From NCBI GenBank assembly GCA_036170915.1, contig JAVHQC010000029.1, positions 294,950-358,949 of the forward strand: a stretch of DNA of 64,000 nucleotides, in the 5' to 3' direction. Below the pieces are notes generated by a model. The model made no database searches. It worked only from the letters and a program-made list of their open reading frames with translations, and was not told the DNA's origin. Position numbers and translations under genes: made by a program. The stretch comes from Cyanobacteria bacterium auto_48_18 (lineage in GTDB: Bacteria > Cyanobacteriota > Vampirovibrionia > Obscuribacterales > Obscuribacteraceae). Numbering within the stretch: the stretch's first letter is position 1; each line of letters opens with the position of its first letter. Below, in pieces: positions 57,808 through 64,000 of the stretch.

Positions 57808-59136
57808 TCAGCGCAAGGGCAGCGGCTCGAAGTCATAGTACGGCTTTGCGGCAATGGTGTCGGTCTCGTAGTTGGTTGAGGCCACCGAGTACAGGGTGGG
57901 AAAGTCTGTGATGGTCGGCCCAGCTTTCGGTAACAGCTTATATTTTGCCTCTTTTGCCATTTTGCTCCAGACCAGCGCCGGATTCTGGCCGGTGGCGTAG
58001 ATAAGCAGGTTGCGCGGGCCCTTGCCCTCGGGCACCTGGGCGAAAACCACACCAGGCTGGGTACGCAAAATATGGTTAATAGCCGCCACCTTGCAGAGAC
58101 AAGAAAGGCTGGTAATCTGAATTGTGCTCACTTGATAGCTGTGCTTGCCCGGCTGGCTGAGCAGGTCTACGCCGGCCTTGATTAAGCCGGCCACCAGTGT
58201 GCGGCGCTGTGAGGGCTCTTGCGTGGCGCTTTTGCCGGCCATCACCTTGAGTAAGGCCAGCGCTTCAGGCTCTTTATGCGAAATAGTCAAAAGTGCCGCG
58301 TGCGCCAGCACAAATTTGCCTTCATCAGGGCTGAGAGTAACCGCTCGACTGAAACAGCCGCCGGCGGCAGGGTTCTGGTCTGCTTGAAAGGCGCGTCCAA
58401 GGTGATAGTAAAAATCAGCGTCAGTAGCAAAATTAGCTCGGGCCGATTGCAAAATAAAATTAGTCAGCGGTCCAGAGCCTAAGGCACGTCCATTTTGCGC
58501 CAGCAATAAAAGTAAATTCTGGTTGGCTGATTCTTGCGGCAATATCTGCGCAAGCAATGGTTTTGCCGCATCAATCTGACCACTGGCTAAAGCCGCGCCA
58601 CAGCACTTTTCGCTAATGGAACGGTCTGTGGGTTTAAGCAAATGGGCCTGACGATAAAGAGCAAAGGCTCTTGCAAAAGCCTTGAGCCCGACGTAACAAT
58701 CACCAGTCAAAACCAGCCTGGTGCAGATATCTACGCCAGCTGCGGGTGGCAATTTTTCTACTTTATCTAATTGCTTCAGGGCGTTGGTGGCACCCTGTTC
58801 GGGATCATTAGCAATTGCTTGAGCCAGTCCTAGAGCGGCAATATAATCATGCGGATGAATTTTGGCACTGGCACTAAAGACGCTTTGAGCCAGTTCACGA
58901 TCGCCAATTTGCAATTGCAAAATAGCGAAATTTGTCGCCGCCACCAGATCATTAGGATTAGCCTCATAAGCGGCTCTTGCCTCATACGAACGCTCTTGCG
59001 GCGAGGCAAGTTTTTTTGGCTGGGCAGAATTTCCGGCATGCGCGGTAGGCAAACTAAAGCTGCCTGGAGTGACCCAAAATGCAGAGAGAATCAGCATAGA
59101 GGCCAGAGTTTGAAGAGGCAAAGAAAGCTTAGCCAT
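57808..59136 (-). CDS. Secreted TPR protein with C-terminal HMA-like domain
   Basis: Signal peptide, several TPR-like helical pairs, and IQITSLSCLCKVAAINHILRTQPGV. Confidence 0.65.
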   Translation of the reverse strand: MAKLSLPLQTLASMLILSAFWVTPGSFSLPTAHAGNSAQPKKLASPQERSYEARAAYEANPNDLVAATNFAILQLQIGDRELAQSVFSASAKIHPHDYIAALGLAQAIANDPEQGATNALKQLDKVEKLPPAAGVDICTRLVLTGDCYVGLKAFARAFALYRQAHLLKPTDRSISEKCCGAALASGQIDAAKPLLAQILPQESANQNLLLLLAQNGRALGSGPLTNFILQSARANFATDADFYYHLGRAFQADQNPAAGGCFSRAVTLSPDEGKFVLAHAALLTISHKEPEALALLKVMAGKSATQEPSQRRTLVAGLIKAGVDLLSQPGKHSYQVSTIQITSLSCLCKVAAINHILRTQPGVVFAQVPEGKGPRNLLIYATGQNPALVWSKMAKEAKYKLLPKAGPTITDFPTLYSVASTNYETDTIAAKPYYDFEPLPLR

Positions 59137-59147
59137 AACCGCCAAAA

Positions 59148-60515
59148 TTACAATGCTTTTGGTAGGCTGAACCAGAAATTAGAGCCGGTGCCAGGCGAGC
59201 TAAACACGCCCATACTGCCGCCATGCTTGTCGATGCAATACTTTGCCACCAGCAAACTTTTGCCTGGTCCAAGACCATTAGGATCGCCTTCTTGTGAGGG
59301 CTGACGAAAACGATCGAAGATTGCTTTTTTCTGATCGTCAGACAATCCGCAACCGCGATCGATCACTTCAACCCGCATCTTATCAGGCTCATCTACAATT
59401 TGAACACGCACCTTACTGCCCTTAGGCGACACTTTAATTGCGTTCGATAGCAGTGTCTGTATTACCTGGAACATGCGGGCCTCGTCAGCCATGACTTCGC
59501 CGTCAGGACCGTTGATTTCAAATGAAAGATCAGCTTCGCGAATATCATGCAAAAGCGACAACACGCCTTGTTTTACCAGCACCATGATGCTGTTGGGGCT
59601 CAAGGCAACATCGAAGCTACCAGTCTCAAGCTTGTCTACTTCCACCATGCTGTCGAGGGCACCAATAGCTTTCTGCATATCAGCAAGAGCGGCATCTCCG
59701 CGCACTCTACCGTTGGCGTCAAGAGTGCCATGAATGCCTTGCAATGTCTGTTGAATAAAACCAGATGCACGAGCCAAGGGCACTTTGATCTGGTCTGTCA
59801 CTACTTCGATAAACTTCTTCTTCAGGGTCAAAAGTTCGATGCGTTCGTTGATACCCACAGCCGTGCCGAGATACATCAAAACTCCACCCACGTTAATGCG
59901 CTTGAGCGACAATTCGACTGAAATCTTCTTGTCGTTGTCGGTGGAGACTTCCATCTCAGTAGACTTGTCGAGATAATTGAGCAGTGAAGACTCGGCTTGT
60001 TTGCCTGAACCGCCAATGGGAAAAACCGAATGAATCGGTCGAGCATCAAGGCCAATAGCCCCGGTATCCATCATATTTTCAAGCGCTTTATTGGCAAACT
60101 CAATTTTGCCGCTGGTGGTGGCTAAAAAAACGCCCACAGGAAGAGCATCAAGTACGAGCCGTAATTTCTCTTTGCTCTCTTTGCGAGTGTCCATCATGGG
60201 AGCAGGGGCCAGCTGATTTTGCGAAGTTTCAGCCACCAGCAGTGTGGCGTTGTCGACTTCAGACCACTGCGCAGTCCAGTTCATGGAAACTACAACCTTG
60301 TCTGGGCAAACAACGCGGCCTTCAAAAGACTTGGCCTGGTTCATAAAACTAGTGGCAAGAAGCGCCTGTTGCGCCAACAATACGTCTTCGGGGTGCAGAA
60401 TGTCAAAAAGTGAGTGGCCTAAAAGCTCGGTGGGAGGCACTTTCCACGCAGCAAAACAGGTCGGGCTGATGCTAAGAAAATGGCCATTGCCGTCTACCGA
60501 CGCGATTACTTCCAC
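59148..60515 (-). CDS. Cytoplasmic PAS-PAS histidine-kinase-like protein lacking the phospho-His
   Basis: Two PAS domains, H-box VVTDQIKVPL, N-box LLSNAIK, G1 DRGCG and G3 GTGSNFWF. Confidence 0.88.
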   Translation of the reverse strand: MEVIASVDGNGHFLSISPTCFAAWKVPPTELLGHSLFDILHPEDVLLAQQALLATSFMNQAKSFEGRVVCPDKVVVSMNWTAQWSEVDNATLLVAETSQNQLAPAPMMDTRKESKEKLRLVLDALPVGVFLATTSGKIEFANKALENMMDTGAIGLDARPIHSVFPIGGSGKQAESSLLNYLDKSTEMEVSTDNDKKISVELSLKRINVGGVLMYLGTAVGINERIELLTLKKKFIEVVTDQIKVPLARASGFIQQTLQGIHGTLDANGRVRGDAALADMQKAIGALDSMVEVDKLETGSFDVALSPNSIMVLVKQGVLSLLHDIREADLSFEINGPDGEVMADEARMFQVIQTLLSNAIKVSPKGSKVRVQIVDEPDKMRVEVIDRGCGLSDDQKKAIFDRFRQPSQEGDPNGLGPGKSLLVAKYCIDKHGGSMGVFSSPGTGSNFWFSLPKAL

Positions 60516-60758
60516 AATACTTCCACGATACTTCTACAAGCCTGGCACGATGCTACCATCTCAAGAAATAGCCAGTCAACATAAACACTATAACGTTTTT
60601 AGCATGATTATTTCCCGCCCAATTAAGTCGACTGTGGCTGCCACCATTTGTGGTGCTGTTAAGCCGCTGCCAACCCCAGCAGTGGTCAAGAGCAATAAGA
60701 GTCTATAATCGACAATTCAGGAATCTTAGGCATTGTTTCACGCAGGCAGGTTTTACCC

Positions 60759-63218
60759 GTGCAATTGCTGCAAAAGCTTGAATACGTCAAGCAACTCATC
60801 AAAGACGGTAAGCTCAACGAGGCTTATAGCCAGATCTTAATTGTCATGGATGAGCCGGAAAGTCTCGCCACAGCCCACCGGTCACCAGCCGCCAAGCGCA
60901 GCGCCAAAGATGCTGCAAACCCTCTGGCCTCGGAGCTTTTGGCCGTTATCGCGGGTTTAATCAAGGCCCTTTCCATCAACTCCAATTTTCGCTTTTCAGA
61001 AGAATTGCTTAACCGCACTTTAAATCGCATCGAACCTAAAGATGACCATTTTTTCTTGAGCCTGGCGGACGAACTGGTGCACTCTGCCGACGTCAGTGTT
61101 AACACTACAAAAGAAAATGCCGCTCGCTGCGACAAATTATTAGACCAGGCCATCCGCATCAGAGAAAAATTAGTGGGAGCAGACGGCCCCACTGCCGAAC
61201 TTATCATCGAGTCGGTGCTCAGCAATTTGCAACGCGCCAGACATAGCGCCAATAACAACATGGCTGCCGAAGCCGGTTCGCGCCTCGCTCGATGCCGCAC
61301 ACTGATGAGCGAGCTCGAGCGCTTGATGCAAGAAATTAATCGGCCAGCCAACATTTTGGTGGCACGTTTTTGTACTCTAAAAGCATTTTTTGCTCACTCA
61401 TCAGGGCAAAAAAATCTGGCCAAAGATACTTTTATCAACGCCATGCATCTCTACGACAAGATTGCTTCCACTGGACATCTTGAGCGCTCAGACGTTTTTG
61501 AAATGTTTCTTGAACAAGCGCAGCATTTCACGTTAAGCAATGACGAAAAGCACAGCCTTGATCGCATCAAACTTTCAAAAATGCTGCCTAAAAGACAAGC
61601 TACGCTGCATAAAATTCGCGCCTTCCCCACCATGCAACATATTGAAGAAATCATGGAGCGTGCTCGTTCGAAGCCGGGCAAAAGCTTCTACCTGACGTCT
61701 CTCGGCTTTCTTGGCGCGCAAGCCTTGAACGTTTCTGTCATTTGTAATATCGAAAACAAAGATTTAAATTTCAAGATTGAATCATCAAAATCCGACGCCG
61801 AGAAGCAAGAAATAATTACGCTCACCAGTGATGATTCAGCTGAAGTTTTGCGTCACATCAAAGATCTCTGGCGACGCATGCAAGCCAAGCCGGCCAATGT
61901 TCCTTCCAAACTACAAACGTTTACTTATAATCCTGAAGCCTTCGTCGAGTCAGACAAAGCAGAGCGCAACAAAAAAGAATTTACGATTAACGCCACTGAC
62001 CGCAAAGCTGATGTTTTTCAGGGCACAGCAGGAAACAGTTATGGATCAATGGAAGCGCAACAAGCAAGAGAAGCACTGGCTTTTGAAGGCAATCTAAAGG
62101 CCATGCCAAGTTTTGGCTTACTACAAACCATTGCCCTGAACGGCAACACAGGCCTTCTAGAAGTCGGTCAGAGAGACGGTTTACTGAAACTCTATTTTGA
62201 CGGCGGCAAACCAGTAGACGGCAGCACCACAGAAAAAGAGGGCCTCGATGTACTCTACGAATTTGTTTTGCTTGAAGAAGGATATTTTCGTTTTCACCCC
62301 GAAAAGCGCAGTAAAAATAACACCATCAGAATCAAGCTCGACTCGTTTATTTTAGAAGCCGCTAGCCTTTTCGATCAAACAAAATATTTAAAATCGCTGG
62401 GTATGACTATGTACTCAGGAATATTTGCTAAAGAGCACTTAGCTGATTGGCAAGGGCTTTCTCAAGCGCTGTCGCGCCGCGGAGTTGACTATGATGAGCA
62501 CATCTGGCAGCTTTATCAAGCCATCGAAGATCACCCGATTATCGCCGACGCCGTAGAGCAAGCAGATCTGTCACAGCGTCTCTGGACGCCCGCTCTCTAC
62601 AAACTAGTACAAAGCGGCCTGGTAGCCATTTCCAACGACCGATTAGACGATGAAGATCTGTCGCACAACCTGGTCACCAACTGGAGTTACGATCGCAAAC
62701 AAGTAGACGAATTTTCGCGCTCCCTCTATGACTCGCGCACAGGTCTTCTGCGTTTCGAATTTTTCATCTGGATTATGGAAAGAGAAATAGAGCGCGCCCA
62801 GACGCATGCCTGGCCTCTAACTCTTTCAATTTTTGAAATTCGCAAATCAGGTAAAGACATATCGAAGCTGGCCGCCGCCGACAAAGAAATGGTGCAATCT
62901 ACTTTAGCCGAAATCTCAGACAGCAAGCGGGCTATGGATTGGTTTTGCCACTTCGAAGAAGAACAATATGCCATCTTGATGCCAGGGCTCGACACCTCGC
63001 TCGCGTCTATGTTTGTCAAAAACTTCTCTGATATTTGCGCACGAAATTTAGGCAAACTAAAAGATGGGCAGTCAGAATGGGAATATAGTTTTGGCATCGC
63101 AAGTATTCCTGACGACACTATCGAGTGGACAAAAATGATCGGTCTAGCCCAAGAAGCGCAGCGCAAAGCGCGCATTAGTAGACGCGGATACGCCGCGCAT
63201 AAAGAACAAAACCGCTAA
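60759..63218 (+). CDS. Helical-repeat / DUF4388 (PatA_N-like) / degenerate GGDEF protein
   Basis: FEGNL..LLQTIALNGNTGLL..LYFDGG..EGYFRF (DUF4388-like), then YDSRTGL..EIERA..RAMD..FEEEQY..SFGIASIP. Confidence 0.8.
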   Translation: MQLLQKLEYVKQLIKDGKLNEAYSQILIVMDEPESLATAHRSPAAKRSAKDAANPLASELLAVIAGLIKALSINSNFRFSEELLNRTLNRIEPKDDHFFLSLADELVHSADVSVNTTKENAARCDKLLDQAIRIREKLVGADGPTAELIIESVLSNLQRARHSANNNMAAEAGSRLARCRTLMSELERLMQEINRPANILVARFCTLKAFFAHSSGQKNLAKDTFINAMHLYDKIASTGHLERSDVFEMFLEQAQHFTLSNDEKHSLDRIKLSKMLPKRQATLHKIRAFPTMQHIEEIMERARSKPGKSFYLTSLGFLGAQALNVSVICNIENKDLNFKIESSKSDAEKQEIITLTSDDSAEVLRHIKDLWRRMQAKPANVPSKLQTFTYNPEAFVESDKAERNKKEFTINATDRKADVFQGTAGNSYGSMEAQQAREALAFEGNLKAMPSFGLLQTIALNGNTGLLEVGQRDGLLKLYFDGGKPVDGSTTEKEGLDVLYEFVLLEEGYFRFHPEKRSKNNTIRIKLDSFILEAASLFDQTKYLKSLGMTMYSGIFAKEHLADWQGLSQALSRRGVDYDEHIWQLYQAIEDHPIIADAVEQADLSQRLWTPALYKLVQSGLVAISNDRLDDEDLSHNLVTNWSYDRKQVDEFSRSLYDSRTGLLRFEFFIWIMEREIERAQTHAWPLTLSIFEIRKSGKDISKLAAADKEMVQSTLAEISDSKRAMDWFCHFEEEQYAILMPGLDTSLASMFVKNFSDICARNLGKLKDGQSEWEYSFGIASIPDDTIEWTKMIGLAQEAQRKARISRRGYAAHKEQNR

Positions 63219-63230
63219 AAAAGTGCCAAC

Positions 63231-63689
63231 ATGTGTGCAGCCGACAAACCCTTTGAAATCATTCAAGACGACAGCATCGTGCACGATGGTGCTCGACAAC
63301 GAGCATGGCGTGCGGCTAAGCTGCGCGAGGTTATAGAAGGCCAGACTCCGTCTGAGATTATGCACGCCCAGACCGGTTCTATGGGTGAAAGATTTGGCAT
63401 AGATGGCCTGGACGAACCAATTGAGGAGACCGTAGCCGAAAGTGACCCGGAAACCACACTCACATTACCACCATTACCAGCGCCTGAGCCCGATGTCCCT
63501 CCTTATATTCGCTCGCTGGCCAGAGCAATTACAGAAGAGGTTTTCCTTCTCCCTGAACAAGGCATCATTTTTACGAAACAGCAATTGGCTCAAGAGCTGG
63601 GTGTCACAAGGCTGGCCATGGACGCCATGACCGCTCAAGGGTACGAAAGATTGGGTCTGATTCGCATCAAACCAGAACCTGGTCCATAA
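63231..63689 (+). CDS. Hypothetical protein with possible C-terminal HTH
   Basis: FTKQQLAQELGVTRLAM. Confidence 0.55.
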   Translation: MCAADKPFEIIQDDSIVHDGARQRAWRAAKLREVIEGQTPSEIMHAQTGSMGERFGIDGLDEPIEETVAESDPETTLTLPPLPAPEPDVPPYIRSLARAITEEVFLLPEQGIIFTKQQLAQELGVTRLAMDAMTAQGYERLGLIRIKPEPGP

Positions 63690-63711
63690 GATCACAACAG
63701 GAAAAACAATT

Positions 63712-64000
63712 ATGCGCACGATAGTGCAGCGTTTAAAGCCAGACGAAGAAATTATTGCTGTCATCGAAGCTTTGTGCCTGGCGCATAAAATTGAAGCCGG
63801 TACTATTTTATCGATGGTAGGCTCAGTTAAAAATGCTTCACTGCGCTTTGCCAATCAAACCGACGCCGCCGAATTGCGCGGGCCATTCGAAATTGTATCT
63901 GCAACTGGCACAGTCGGTGTATCAGGATGCCACATTCACATGGCCGTGGCGGACAACTCAGGCACCACCCTTGGTGGCCATATGCTGCCTGGCGCACTGG
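63712..64000 (+). CDS. PPC-domain (DUF296) protein, 3' truncated
   Basis: QRLKPDEE, VGSV..LRFA, FEIVSATGT and HIHMAVAD..GGHM, read directly from the sequence. Confidence 0.9.
   Translation, partial: MRTIVQRLKPDEEIIAVIEALCLAHKIEAGTILSMVGSVKNASLRFANQTDAAELRGPFEIVSATGTVGVSGCHIHMAVADNSGTTLGGHMLPGAL

Noticed and set aside
1..64000. Mobile elements, prophage, defence systems, tRNA/rRNA; long antisense ORFs (e.g. 43626-44147, 50547-51068, 60824-61354)
   Set aside because: No transposase, integrase, phage, nuclease-defence or tRNA/rRNA signatures were recognised. The antisense ORFs lie opposite well-supported genes.

Overview
Gene-dense chromosomal window with no transposase, integrase, prophage, CRISPR array, rRNA or tRNA that I can support. 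The gene content (bPH-like membrane Ser/Thr kinases, many TPR proteins, DUF4388-degenerate GGDEF, MoaC-MoaB fusion, no photosynthesis genes) resembles non-photosynthetic cyanobacterial relatives such as Vampirovibrionia/Obscuribacterales. That assignment is an inference. Recognisable modules: NfeD-flotillin; btuF-like gene followed by hemA-hemC-hemD-hemB; two tandem YcxB-domain paralogues; SRP RNA (ffs); paoABC-xdhC-mocA plus moaD-E-A-CB-moeA; an intact HK/OmpR pair; two tandem Ser/Thr kinases; and the lower kynurenine pathway (nbaC-nbaD-kynU-kmo) coupled to a rhomboid gene. The most unusual signal is a set of catalytically altered signalling proteins. Two unrelated histidine-kinase-like proteins both have Asp at the phospho-His position followed by an amide (DN, DQ). 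Two GGDEF domains have lost the active site but keep the RxxD I-site, and there is a stand-alone MshEN-like protein and an atypical receiver. Other observations: a LexA-like palindrome inside a leaderless promoter of a SplB-like gene, an ATPase gene with no canonical start codon, a repeated REP-like palindrome, a 25-bp perfect inverted repeat, and three small ORFs missed by the ORF track. All family assignments come from motif recognition by eye; no database search was run.
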